A stretch of DNA of 64,000 nucleotides, taken from the NCBI GenBank assembly GCA_024679065.1, contig JAGIQG010000004.1, forward strand, positions 85,002,001 through 85,066,000, in the 5' to 3' direction. Both the position numbers and the translations under genes were made by a program. Of this stretch, positions 11,051 through 23,520 are shown one piece after another. Each line of letters begins with the position of its first letter. Within the stretch, counting starts at the first letter, position 1. The DNA comes from Sphyrna mokarran (lineage: Eukaryota). The notes under the pieces are model-generated. The model saw only the letters and a program-made list of their open reading frames with translations, was not told the origin of the DNA and ran no database searches.

Positions 11051-11611
11051 TATCAGCTTCTGAGCAAATTAGCTACCCTTTCAACATGTCAAGAAGTTTA
11101 AAACCCGCTTACTAGTATCTGTGCATCTTAAAGCAAAACTTAATTTGAACCACTTCCTTAAATGGCCACACACGGAGCAGAAACTCACCACAATCATTTT
11201 TTTCAAGCTTTGGGCACGTCCAGCTTTGTTGCTGGGACTGTCTTTGGGTAAAATGACTTTTAAGCTAGTATTAAAGGTCATGGGAACTTACATTACACTT
11301 GACATAGTTAGCACTTAATGTGTGATGGTTTGTGCTGGTTTGGCAGATCACAGCTAGATTGGGCCAACATAAATCGATAGAAATTCAAAGCCTATATGTT
11401 CATGCATGAGCTTCATATCTGCTTCTCCTCAGAGACAGAAAAGCTACCAGCTATGGGAAGCTGGCCTTGATGCTTGCTGAAGCTATTCCTAGAGTAAATG
11501 TTAGCTTCTAGCCCCCATCCTGAGTTTGTGCAGAATTCACTTCTATCGATTCACTTCCTAAACTAGCTGCAAAAATGTTACCTATTTCCATTTAACTTCA
11601 TTTGACTCTCT

Positions 11612-11700
11612 AATACTGATGAAGTGTCTTGGCTTGAAAGGTTATCTCGTGTTTTTCTGGAAGCTGGTTAACTTCCTATGTATTTGTTACATTTGTCTCC
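11612..11700 (+). mobile_element. Old Penelope-like terminal relic with decayed hammerhead core
   Basis: ctgatga(11616-11622)-agtgtcttggctt-gaaa(11636-11639), followed by sequence resembling 60601-60660. Confidence 0.45.
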
Positions 11701-12499
11701 TTAGTCTCTCTTTGCTGTTCAAAGGTCTACAATGATTCATGATCTCTTTTTGTCATGTCTATTCTAATTGTTGAACAAGTCAATATGTCAAATATCGCAA
11801 TTCATCTTGCAAGCATTGTTTTTTGTTGAGATGCCACAATCCTTTTTTCTTGTTCCTTTGGGATTATTTTATAAAACGGACAACTCCTAAAACAAATCCT
11901 CACTGCAGTATTACATTTTCAAGGTCTCACAATTGGGTTAAATAGGTAGGAAATATCTAATTCCATTTGCTTGGAGAATGATTAGCATCGTATGATTGAT
12001 GGAAGAGTTAATCTGCTTTGAATACACAAAGTGACTGTTTGAAGACTGCAGCCACAGTCAGCTACAATGAGCAGGAAAGAGCAGTGAAAGTTACAGAACA
12101 ACATTACTTTAGGGCCTCCCCACAGTGCATTACAGCTGAGTTAACTCCAAAGGGAAATGCCAAATAGTCTCTGTAACATCTCTGTAGTCCCAACATTACA
12201 AAAAAAATTGTATTTGCAACTGTTGTTTTCATAAAGCAGAAGTGACACTTTAGTGTGATTAATTAACCACTTCTTAACCAAACTAACTGATGCCATTAAA
12301 AAGGTATACATATGGTAAATTAATCAAAATTGCAATGAAAAATTTGAAAATTGACAAAAAATTTGAAATCATATCATATCTCATATATCCATATGAGCAA
12401 AGGTAGAATGGTGAATGGCACTTAAACAAGGGGAAGGGATTTTTGAAAGATAAAGGTACGACGTGGTAGCTTATTTCATAAGGTTAAATTTCAGAGGAT

Positions 12500-13568
12500 A
12501 CCAATTAGATACAAAATTGATGACAGAAGACAGCGAGTGATTGTAGAGAGTTGTTTTTCAAACTGGAGGCCCATGACCAGCAGTGTGCCTCAGGGATTGT
12601 GCTGGGTCCACTTTTACTTGTCACTTATATTAATGATTTAGATGAGAATTTAGGAGGCATGTTTAGTAAGATGGCAGATGACACCAAGATTGGTGGCATG
12701 GGGACAATGAAGAAGGTTATTTAGGATTGCAGTGGGATCTTGATCAATTGTGCCTGTGGGCTGACGAATGGCAGACGGAGTTTAATTTAAATGTAAGGTG
12801 ATGCATTTAGTAGATTGAACCAGGACAGGACTTAGTTAATGAATGGTAGGGTGTTAGGGAGAGATATAGACAAAGATATCTAGGGGTATCATAGCTCCTT
12901 GAAAGTGAAGTCAGGTGGACATAGTGGTGAAGAAGGCATTTGGCATGCTTGGTTTCATTGGTCACAACACTGAATACAAGAGTTGGAATGTCTTGTTCAA
13001 GTTGTATGAGACATTAGTAAGGTCATACTTGGAATACTGTGCACAGTTCCTATTATAAAAGGAGATTATGAAACTAGGAAGTGTGCAGAAAAGATTTACT
13101 AGGATGCTACTGGGACTTGATGATTTGAGTTATAAGGAGAGACTGGATAGTCTGGGACCTTTATCTCTGGAGCGTGGGAGGCTTAGGGGCGATCTTGTAG
13201 AGGTCGATCAAATTATGAGGGACACAGATCAGCTTGGTAGTCATAATCATTTCCCAAAGTTAGGGGAGTCTAATCTAGAGCGCGTAGGTTTAAGGTGAGA
13301 GGGGGGAGATACAAAAGAGTCCAGAGGGGCAATTTTTTCACACAGAGAGTGGTGAGTGTCTGGAACAAGCTGCCAGAGGTAGTAGTAGAGGTGGGTACAA
13401 TTTTGTCTTTTAAAAAGTGTTTAGACAGTTGTATGACTAACATGGCTACAGAGAGATACAAGCCAAATGTGGGCAATTGGGACAAACTCAGTGTTTAAAA
13501 TAAAAGGGGCGCATGGACAAATTGGACTGAAGGGCCTGTTTCTGTACTGTAAATCTCAATGACTCTAT
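12500..13568 (+). mobile_element. CR1 LINE fragment (RT to tail), decayed
   Basis: VPQG..LGPLL; YINDLD; ADDTKIGG; VQKRFTRMLLGL; FFTQRVVSVWNKLP. The (tatgactc) tail continues at 14283-14291 after a MITE. Confidence 0.9.
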
Positions 13569-14282
13569 GGGTCCAGTTTTACCATCAAGTTGTGCCCGTT
13601 TTTGAGCACAAAAACTTGGTTAAGTCGGGTGTGGGGCAAGATCCGTGATCGCCTCCATGCCCGTTCCCTCTTTACCAAGTGCCTGACATGGCTACGATTG
13701 GGACCACACCCCAAGAAGGCACGATGGCAATTTAAATGCACTTGCATTCATTCAAGTTGACATGATGAGTCAGATCGCGCTTTCGTAGGGGAGAAGGAGT
13801 TGGGTCAGATTGCTATCTGGTGGAAGGGAGGAAGAGGCCAGTCAGGTGGCACTTCCACAGGACAGAAGGAGGTGGGTCAGTTGGCTCTCTGATGGGGGGC
13901 AGGGGGAATGTCTGCTGCCACTCTGTATGTGATTAGCAGGGGTGGAGGGGGAGGTTGCAGCGGACTGGGAGCCATGATTGGTCTGGATAGCGGGGTGATG
14001 GGGGTATAAGTAGGTGGGGTAATATCTGTGGGCACTAAGAGGAGGCATTGTTGGGCCCTGGAAGGATGAGGCAGAGGAGCGTTTTTTAATTTTTTTTCTG
14101 CGCATGCACAGTTGAATGCTCCGATAAAACAACAGTGTTTTGGGCACGATAAACCTTGCCCACAGGCTTCTACAGCACGATTCAGGCAGAGTGCATATCA
14201 GTGCATATAGAACAGATCTAAATGTTCGATCTGAAACACTCCCAGATTCAACATTTAGAATCAAAATGGTAAAATCAGGCCC
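13569..14282. mobile_element. Non-autonomous PIF/Harbinger element with TIRs and 3-bp TAT TSD
   Basis: Left end gggtccagttttaccat; right end atggtaaaatcaggccc; tat at 13566-13568 and 14283-14285. Removing the element restores the CR1 tail gactctatgactct. Confidence 0.85.
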
Positions 14283-14315
14283 TATGACTCTGTAACAAGC
14301 AGTTTCTTTGTAAGA

Positions 14316-14376
14316 AGTGGGGCAGGCTCGAGGGACTAGATAGCCTGCTCCTGCTTCTATTTCTTATGTTTCTTAT
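14316..14376 (+). mobile_element. CR1 extreme 3' end
   Basis: ggggcaggctcgagggactagatagcctgctcctgcttctatttcttatg, homologous to 4660-4710. Confidence 0.7.
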
Positions 14377-15189
14377 TAAGAAGAGAGATGACCTCGCTCA
14401 GGCGAGGCTTGTAAAATCCTGCCCAAGGCCAAAGGATAATTCCGTTCTACTAGTCTCGGGGCGGGCATGCGATAAAATTAATTTTCCTCAAAAGGGACAA
14501 TATTCTCTTGCCTTTTAATTATTGGCAAATTGAGTCGAGAATGACAGGTAGGGAGCTGCCATGGTTAAAAATAATGCAAGAACTAAGAAGACAGATCAGG
14601 AGGTTGTGTTTAGCTGAGACCTGGCTTAGGAATTAGAATGAAAAGAAGAAATCTGAGTGAAGTGGAAGAGTTTCATATTTTTCAGATCCTGGAAATGAAT
14701 GTGTTAAACTTGCATCTTGGTACAATACTATAGGGATTGGATGGCAAGGGTAACAGACAGAAAGGAAAACTCAGAGGAGCATTGACCAAAGTATTATCAT
14801 TGGAACACCAAGAGAGACAAAGATCATGCTGGAGAGAGAGAGAGAGAGTCTTTAAGTTGCAAAATTTGCAAGGAGAGTTACATCTTGTTTTTGCTTAACT
14901 GACATTTGCATCAGTCCAAGTTCGAGTTGATGACATGCTGATTGACTAATTCAAGGTCATTGTTTACACTGGATAAAGAGCACAAATCGCTTACCACTGC
15001 TTTACTGTTACCTACATCACATTGGTTAGTTGAGACAGAAATGGGCATTTCATAACTTTGCACATCATTAAGATGCGAGTATTTCTACCTAATTCTCCCG
15101 AAGTGACATCAAGTTATGTGTCCTCTGAAATCTTATTTGGCAATATCATTGCTTGGTTGATAGGACAGTCCAAATAAAGAAAAGAAACT

Positions 15190-15502
15190 GGCTGGGATTC
15201 TGCTCAAATGAAACTAAGTCCCTAATGGGTTCCCATCCATTTTCTGGGAGTACTTACCAGAGCAAATCACTGACACTCTCTGCAAGGCAGAGTGCCTCAT
15301 TGTGATTCGCTCTGACAAATAGTAGGCGGGTGCTATCTCCGTCCAAGAGGCTGGCACCAGAGTGTTGAGCAGACCATTGCACACAAAGCGATTTATCAGA
15401 GCAAAGATCAGCACATGCATACTGGCTGCTCACCCAACGCTGGCCTCCCGATTGCTGGTCTCCGGTCACTGGCCTCCTCTGTAACCTTCCATTGCCAGAA
15501 CC

Positions 15503-15540
<38 letters not shown>

Positions 15541-16170
15541 ACCCCCCCCTCCTCACCATTCCCTGATTGCTGGTCTACCAGACTTCCCAAGCCAGGCCTG
15601 ATTTACCAATCCCAACTCCCAAGTCCATGGCCAGCGGATTCCCACTCCCAGCCAGTCCTGATCCCTGCCCCAGCCAGCTATGATCCCCATCCCCCTGGGC
15701 CAGTCCTGATCCCCGCCCACTGGCCCACCCTGATCCCCATCCTCCTGACCATCCCTGATCCTTGCCTCCTGGCCTACCCTGATCTCCACACCTGGCCAGA
15801 CCTGATCCCTGCTTCTGGCCAGCTCTGATAGCTGCCACCCCCCAACCAACCCTGATCTCCCCCTTCTAAGGCCAGCCCCGGACCCCTCCCAACCCAATGG
15901 CCAGACCTAATCCCCCACCCCTATGACCAGGCCTGATAACCCCTCTCCTCCACAGACAGACCCAATCGGCTCTCCTGATCCCATTTGCAGAGTGGCAGTG
16001 GATCTCCCCCATCGATTGCCCCCTAATAGATTCCATCTCAATATGCCCCATTCCCTCTGATCCTAACTCCTTGGCATTTTCCAGTGTCTGGTGGGCAGTG
16101 CCAAAGTGCCCAGTGTGTACTGCCAGTTTGCCTCTTGGGCAGTGCCAGGGTGCAAGGCTGAGAGATGCTA
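15190..16170. mobile_element. Harbinger-family non-autonomous element fragment with poly-C tract and (ctgatcccc)-like repeats
   Basis: Starts ggctgggattct. The C-run is at 15504-15550. The internal tgccaaagtgccc/tgggcagtgccagg motifs are also seen at ~30670 and ~46330. Confidence 0.6.
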
Positions 16171-16172
16171 GT

Positions 16173-16422
16173 GGGCCTGGTGGCACAGTGGTTAGCACTG
16201 CTGCCTCACAGTGCCAGGGACACGGTTTCAATTCCTGGCTTGGGTACTGTCTGTATGGAGTTTGCACATTCTCCCCATGTTTGCCTAGGTTTCCTTCTGG
16301 TGTTCCGGTTTCCTTCCATATTCTGAAAGATGTGCTGGTTAGGTGCATTGACGTGAACAGGCAACTGAGTGTGGTGTCTGGGGAATTTCACAGTAACTTC
16401 AGTGCAGTGTTAATGTAAGCCT
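16173..16422 (+). mobile_element. V-SINE, alternative-tail subfamily
   Basis: A-box ggtggcacagtggttagcactgctgcctcacag, B-box ggtttcaattcc, V-domain, and tail ggaatttcacagtaacttcagtgcagtgttaatgtaagcct. Confidence 0.9.
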
Positions 16423-16969
16423 AAATCCTGGCCACTATGTCCACAAAATAACCTCTTTATTGGTGAACCAAATATGCTGCTAAATGAAACAAACAAATGA
16501 TCCTGTGTTGACCTGTAATTGCAAATGATATAGATCAATTCTACATTCAAAGAAAAGGATGGTTAACTCCCACATTCATACTCAAATAACTGCAAAACCA
16601 CAGACTAAACTCTCTCACAGTCATCTCTGGTGGGTGGCTCCACTGCTGACTTTTCCAACATACTTCTGACTCTTTAGTCAGACACAGTCCTGGAGTCAGG
16701 CTCCATGACATACCCTGCCAACAATCTCTCGGTTCCTGACAGCTTTTGGTGCCGCTTTTAAAAAGCGCCCTGATTTTAAAAATAGAGAAAGGAACTCTCC
16801 CACTGCCGTGGAAATCCTCTCCCCCATGGACAAGTCAATCCCCCTTCCACATACATGGGTTACCCAGCACCCTCCCCCCCATCTCCCTCTCCTGGCCTCC
16901 CACTGCTCCCCCCGTTCCTCGCCAGTGATGGACATTGGACTGCCACACCATTCACATAACTGTAAAGAT

Positions 16970-17100
16970 GCCCCTATTGTATCTGCATCCACGACTCCTC
17001 TGGCAGTGAGTTCCAGGCGCACACAACCTTCTCTGTGCAAATAAACATGCCTCATACATTTCCTTAAAACCTTGCTCCTCCACCCAAAACTCGTGCCCCT
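16970..17100 (-). mobile_element. CR1 C-terminal fragment
   Basis: Minus strand reads RG(H/T)...REGCVRLELTARGVVDADTI, a frameshifted version of the FTQRVV..WNSLP..VVDA motif. Confidence 0.65.
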
Positions 17101-17169
17101 GAGAAGTTGCTGCAAAGTAATTGAAGAAATGACAGTTGCTCACGTGTTGATGGTAGCTCGACCATGCTG

Positions 17170-17700
17170 TCACTGACAGTCCACACCTCCCCTTTTCTGA
17201 AGAGCTCCAGTGCCTGCTTCTCAAAGGGGGTGAGGACCTGGAGATCTTCACCCTCTCATGAGTGTTGTGCTTGGTCTTCTCCTGTGAAGACAGAAGGAGT
17301 CATAAATAAAATGATGGCGTAACCCCTGGAGAATATCAGGCAGTGACCCTTAGAGGGCAAGCACACTGGGGCTCTTGGCGGGGGCTAGGAAGGAGACTCT
17401 TGGAGATCAGGAGCTGGAAACATGCAAGGTGCTGGCGATGGGAGAATCTGGGGGAAATTTGGGGGAAGATGCAAGATGGGGTTCAGCACTCACCCTTGCT
17501 GCACGGATGAGGTCATTGTCTTCGTAGTTTAGGGGGGGGCAGTGCCCTGGCGCAGAATGAGATGGCGGTTGTATTTCCATCAGCCTCCTTTGGTCTGTGT
17601 CCTCCTGGGCGAAAGAGAGTGTCCTGTCTTATCCCTGCTGCATTTAACAGCCTCCCAAAGTTGCCCTCAGAGAATCGGATGATTGGTTGTACGCACATTT
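17170..17700 (-). pseudogene. Harbinger Myb/SANT-like (NAIF1/MSANTD-type) DNA-binding protein pseudogene, two exons
   Basis: Exon A reads IRFSEGNFGRLLNAAGIRQDTLFRPGGHRP...NDLIRAAR|gtgagt and ends at 17494. The intron 17282-17493 ends ctccttctgtcttcacag. Exon B reads EKTKHNTHERVK...DLQVLTPFEKQALEL. Internal deletions and frameshifts are present. Confidence 0.8.
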
Positions 17701-20700
17701 TATGCAGAAATGCCGGTCTGCCTGTCCATTCTTGTGTTTTTAGTGGAGCTGCCCCTCGTTAGGGCAGATCAGCTGCAGGCAGATTGACAGAACATTCCGG
17801 CAAGTTCCAGACAGTTTGTTTGTTAACATTGAAGGGAAGGCAAGTGAGTACTTGCAGGTGTGCTGATGGGAAGAGAGTGCCGGGGGGAGGGGAGGAGGTG
17901 GTAAATCAGAACTTCAATAACTGGGGACAGGGGAGAGAGAGAGGGAGTGTCACACAGCCATCAGAGTCCGGAGGAAATGGGGGCCTTTGGGGGGAGAGTC
18001 CAGGGTGGGGAAGAGATGGATCATCTTGCCTGATATCTGTAGGGAGGAGGAAGGAAGGGGATCTCTCTGCCTGAAATGAGTGAGGGGAAGGGGGGGGGAT
18101 GTCTGCTGCTACTCTGTCTGAGATTGTTGGGCAGAATAGGGGGAAGAGGAATGCGATTGGTCTTGGTGGCGAACGGGTGTGGGTATAAGGGGGTCAATAA
18201 TATTGTGAGGCTGGGACAATGTCTGTGGGGCTCAGGGGAAGGCATTTTGCAGCCTGGCACAATGCGATAGGAGAGCAGCATTTTTATACACAGCTGGAAG
18301 TGCCGCTCAGAGCTGCAGGGTTTTGGGCACAATAAGTCCTACCCACATGCTAGCGCTCTGTGATTTAGAATTGCCAAATTTTTTCAGGCAGAGTGTATAC
18401 GGGGACACCGGAAAACGGGTCTGAAAGTTCGATCCGAAACATTCCCAGTTTCAAGTCCACCCAACATTTAGAATCGAAATGATAAAATAGGACCCACCAT
18501 GGCAACAGCCATTGGGACAAATTAAACTAGCAGTGGGGGCCTCAAAATAAGCATTAAGCAACTAGTTTGTATATTCCCAAAGCCCAATTCTGTTTCAGGC
18601 ATGGAAATAGCACAATGATTTCTTGGCCTTTGTCAATATTGTTGCTGGCACACTTTCTGTTTGAATTGAGCATGTGCTTCTTGCCATATTGGAGATTTAG
18701 GAAGCTATTCTATAGTTAAAAATAAAGTACAAAATGACTGAGGGATTACACCAGCCTGTCTCATTAAATGTTAGAGCATTAAAGATGTTCACAAACTTAG
18801 AATTACATAGAATGTACAGTTTAACTTAATCAAAAGTTCCAGGGTGCTTCAGAATGAATGAAACCAGACAATTTATTGACATTGAGTCAAAGCAGCAAAG
18901 ATTAGAACAGGCAACCAAATGCATGGCCAAAGAGGAGCTTTAAGAGAGAGTGGTGGAACATTAATAAAGGCTGAAACAATATTTGTCCCCATGTGCAATC
19001 ACTTACCCTTAAGTGTACATATCCCTTTGAATGTGACCCACTAGCCAGACTTTCTCCGTCCTCATTAGGCCGGCTCCTTGCACAAAGCTCAAGCTGCCTT
19101 TGATTAGTTAATTGAGCTGACCACAGCAATGACTGGCGGTCTATGCACAGCAATACCGGATAGCGTTGCATCAGTAACCAGGCAGAAAACCCTAAACTTA
19201 ACTGAGAACTGAAAAGTCGCCCCAACACAGAACGTACATTGGGAAACACTGAGGCGTAGAGGACACAAATTGTACAACAGTTGGAGACAGAGGAAATATG
19301 CAGGAAGCAGTGGGATGTGGAGCAGATAAACTTGTAATTTATTTCATGCCCACCTCTTGTAAAGCCAACTGCTATGAGAAAATTGCACAGATGTATGCAT
19401 GTGTTCCACATTCGCCTATGAGTCATAATATTTCAGCCTTTACCTGCCTGCATGCCGGAGGGATCAGAGAAAGTCAGGAATAGCTGTGGTTAAGAAGCTG
19501 AGAATAATCTCAGTTTAAAAATATTTATTGAAACGGGAAATCCTGCTGCTGAGACGTGTCACGAGATTCCCACAAAAGAAATAGACATACTTTGTGTCTT
19601 GTGTTTGATGTTTTTGCTGGCAGATTTCCCTTATTTGGAGAATAAGGTGACACTGCCTGAAGGAGTGAGTGGTGCATTGATGGCATGTTTGTTAAGAGTG
19701 TGGTTTCTCAGTTCAACAGGAAGTCAGTTGGTGGGACAAAGCATTTCCAATAAAAAGATGGGGGGGTGGGTGGGGGAGGGGTGCAATTCTCTCAGACAGG
19801 AGACTTGAGCGGAGGCCATTTCTTGGCTCCTCGCTAGGTGCCACCACCTCTGTGATTCTCCAGCAGTTGGATTTATGGTGTTGTCAGCTCCATGTCAGGA
19901 ATCAGTATGGAGCTGCATAATGTATGCAAATGACAACTTAAAGGTATTTTAAACATCATTAGCGAATCAGGGACTGAAATCTATGGGCCCGTTGACCCCT
20001 TCCCTTCCCTCCCCCACCCCTGCATGTCAGGAATGTTACATTCCAGTGAGGTTTACTTGTAGGGAACTAACAGCCCAAAAGTCACTTCACCTGACTCCCC
20101 TACTTGGACAAAGCAGTTACCCTATTTTGCTCCATTGCCAATCAGGCTGCCATATTCCATCAACCAAGCTGTAGCTCAGAAAAAGAGATCTGTCCATATT
20201 TGAATGCCTGGCCCTTTCTACACTGCTAATACTGCAACGTCTGAGCTTCTGTACCATTGCCTACAGGGCTAAATCACCTCTGCTTGCCCATGTCATTATG
20301 GAAATCATCTCTACTGGAAAAGTTGATGAGACAATATCAGTTTTGGCCGGCTGATCTCTCTGAAGGGATACACCATGAGCCTTTCGATTCTGGGATGTAG
20401 AGTCATATAAAATAACAATTATTATTTTCTCTGTGTTCTTTTCCCTGTACCTTTTTTCTTTCCGTCTCCGTCCCTAGCTGTATAAATGCAAAAATTGGCA
20501 TGGAGCATTGCAAACATTTTTCCTGCATTTTGAATGGGTGTAAAATAAACTACTCCTCTGATTTTTCCCTATCCAAAATTTCCTGTGGGGATATGAATAG
20601 AAAAATTGGATCACACCAAAACTGAAAAGACTGGGAAATACTTTATTGTTTGTAAAGGTGGAAAAATCAACAATCAAAAACACCTTTGTGTTTAAGGACC

Positions 20701-20831
20701 GAAGAAATTGGGCTGTCCATGATAGACCCCTGCTATCCAAGAGAGTAGTTTGTGTGCCATTTAGGAGAGCCAATGTTTTAGATAAAATTTGGATCAGGAG
20801 CTGGATTTTGCATTTGTGGTATTGGTAGGGG

Positions 20832-21085
20832 GTGATGTAGTATAAGTGTCTGGAGCATAAAAGGTGGTGAGTACAGCACTACCCCACATGATATAAGAGA
20901 ACATGTGATTTACACTAAGGGATCAGTATAGTGTTAGCCAGAACCATGTGTGAAGCAGGCATGGAGATGGCTCCTGACTTGGATCTTTACTCTATCTATG
21001 TATAAAGCTTGAGTGGTTAATGATTATTCACTGTTGAATTACCTAACACTACAAATATCTTAAGATTTACCAAACTACAATCAAC
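20832..21085 (+). mobile_element. Possible solo LTR
   Basis: Begins tgatgtagt and ends actacaatcaaca (TG...CA with a short imperfect inverted repeat). TATA-like motifs are present but there is no clear TSD. Confidence 0.3.
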
Positions 21086-22236
21086 ATTTTACTGCAGACC
21101 TCCAAAGTACACTTATATGCAATAAAACATCAAAATTATCTGCCTGCCATATAAATAAAGTTATATTAGGTTTGTTAGCAAGCCTATTGACTGGATTATG
21201 TGCTCACATGGGCATGTAGGTGGGAGTGGGCATGCTGTTTATAGTCTACATGAAAGAAAGGGTACCTCATTTGGCAGGGTGCTGTCTATGCATCAGGCAC
21301 CTACCCCAGGAAATCTTGCCTCTTTGTTCTGTACGACCTGCTTCTAAAACACAATCCCCAATCCCATCTCTCCATTCTCTTGGTACCCTAAAAGCATGGG
21401 ACTTATTTTTCTGGCACTTTGGTCTTCTTTGTGCTCTTCCATTCTGTCCCAGCAATGCCTACTACTGAGTGTTGGCATTGCCGAGACTATTAGAATTGTT
21501 GACCAATCAGAGCATCATTAGTCCTCCTCTCAATCACTCTAGCCCACTGCCAGTGTATGATGGTTATGGGGTAGGCTTCTTTTGGGCAGGTTCTCTTTGA
21601 GCCATGACTTTTCTTCCAAGTTGTGGGGCTGTGTGCAATCAGCTTGCTTGCCCTCCCCTGCCCACCAATTCTCACCATGTCCCACCCATTTCCCACCATC
21701 ACCTGCAAATCCAGCCCAAGATTTTGCTGAAACAGATCAAGGAACTTTAATAAAAATTAAAAAGGCAGAATCTCAAATGTAATAATCTTTCTACCATTTT
21801 AAACAGAACTCATGGGTCCTTTAAAAAAGTTGGGAAGTCTTTGAAAAGTTGTTAAAATAAATAGGCATCCACTCAAATTCCATTTGAAATAAACTGCTCC
21901 ACTTGTGAGTTCATAAAACTATCAACTAAACATTCAAAATGCATTTCAAAGACTTACTCTTGAGTGTTCAAAAGTCTCAGAAAACAGTCATTCAAAAATA
22001 ACTTTGAAGAAAAATAATCCTATTAGCTGGTCATAAAACTTTCAATCAAATCATGTTCTATGACAGCTGAGTAAACAACTCCTACTGAGCTAAATCCATT
22101 TATGGAGCATGGAACATAGACAGACATTCATGATGATTTCCATTGCTTGTCTCAATAAACAAACCTAGAGCTGAATACAATAGACCCTTTGAATTGATTG
22201 AACAGAATATACTTAACAGATCACCAGAACAAACTG

Positions 22237-22292
22237 TCAATCATAGAAATCAGGCATATCTTTTTTCAATCATAGAAATCAGGCATATCTTT
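22237..22292 (+). repeat. Tandem duplication, 29-bp period
   Basis: tcaatcatagaaatcaggcatatcttt at 22237 and 22266. Confidence 0.95.
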
Positions 22293-23019
22293 AGTTTTAA
22301 CAAACACACAACAGATGTCAGGGCATTAAATTAATGTAAAAAACAAAGCACAGAGTCCAGATGACACATTAGTGCCTTAATGTAACAACTGTTGAATAAA
22401 TTAGAGACCTTTATCTAGTAAAGAAAATATTCTAATGCATCTGAAAACACTTACATAAACATTTGTTGGGTGGGTTCAGCGATGGGAGTGGACAATACCA
22501 GCTCCTGTCTCACTACTCACTGAAAGATCAAAAACAATATAATGTCATGGGAAGTGCCTCTTGCTAAATCTACTCAATTAAATTGTCACATACCCTTTAA
22601 GAATGGAGCCAAAAAATCAATCATTGGATTAAAAACATATTTAGCTTATCATGCAGCATCTAATTATGAATTTGAAGTTGGCAATACATTTTCAACTTGC
22701 TGTCAAAAGATTCTTAACACCACAATGGGTTTTACCCAAGGTTCACAAACTGACTGACCTGACATATTTCACATAGGCTTCAGGAACACATCTGCCTAGC
22801 TGATGACCTCAAATTCAAGCAAATTCAAAATTGAAGCAAGCATTTAAAAGATTAAAACTGATGCCGTTTTGTGTGTGTGCATTGTGTCTCTACGAGAGTG
22901 GGAATCTTCTGGAAAATTTAAATTTATGACCTCTTGCTTCCATTTATGGCCATTGAATGCACATTTTCTCTGTGCAGGATAGCAAGTGCAGCCCATATCA
23001 GTAGAAAACAGTAAAACGT

Positions 23020-23520
23020 TGGTATGAAGGCACTTATCTGGATACATGAAGCATTGATAACAAGATAGATGAATTAATCACAGAGATAGAGATTCACATG
23101 CTTGATCTGGTAACTGTTTGGGGACAAAGGTTGGGAAAAAAATATTTCTGTGTTCTTGCCTTAGGAATGATTGGTAAAATGGAAAAGGAGGTGGAGTATC
23201 CCACATATTATGGGGTCAACTAAAGGCCACAGGGGAAAAGGATTGTAGAGCAGAAAATCAGCATGTGGAATTAGCATTGATAGAGCTATGGATGAACAAA
23301 GGGCAGAAAATATTAATGAAAATAATTTACAGACCCCTTGACAATAATTGTGGTGTTAGACAGAATATTGATAAGGAAATTAAGGGAGCGTGTACCAAAA
23401 AAATGCAATATTGATGAAGACTTTCATTTTTATGTGGAATTAGGAAACCAAATTGGCAAAAGTAAATTTGTGATTCCTGTTAACATTATTGGTGGGGTTG
23501 GAGAGCAGGGACAATTGGAA
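23020..23520 (+). mobile_element. Old CR1 ORF2 APE endonuclease fragment
   Basis: SIDNKIDELITEIEIHMLDLV; RNDW*NGKGGGV; IYRP; EDF. These are decayed CR1 endonuclease motifs. Confidence 0.75.

Larger units (their letters stand above)
16700..18495 (-). mobile_element. Decayed PIF/Harbinger element carrying the Myb/SANT partner gene
   Basis: The right end 18270-18495 (gttcgatccgaaac...acatttagaatcgaaatgataaaataggaccc) aligns with 14075-14282. The left boundary is uncertain. Confidence 0.7.

Noticed and set aside
15415-15828. Poly-proline / poly-glycine ORFs (also 37638-38135 and 37448-37729)
   Set aside because: Translation artefacts of C/G homopolymer tracts.
18902-19426. 174-aa minus-strand ORF
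   Set aside because: No recognisable motifs or supporting exon structure; it partly overlaps an L2-like tail relic.
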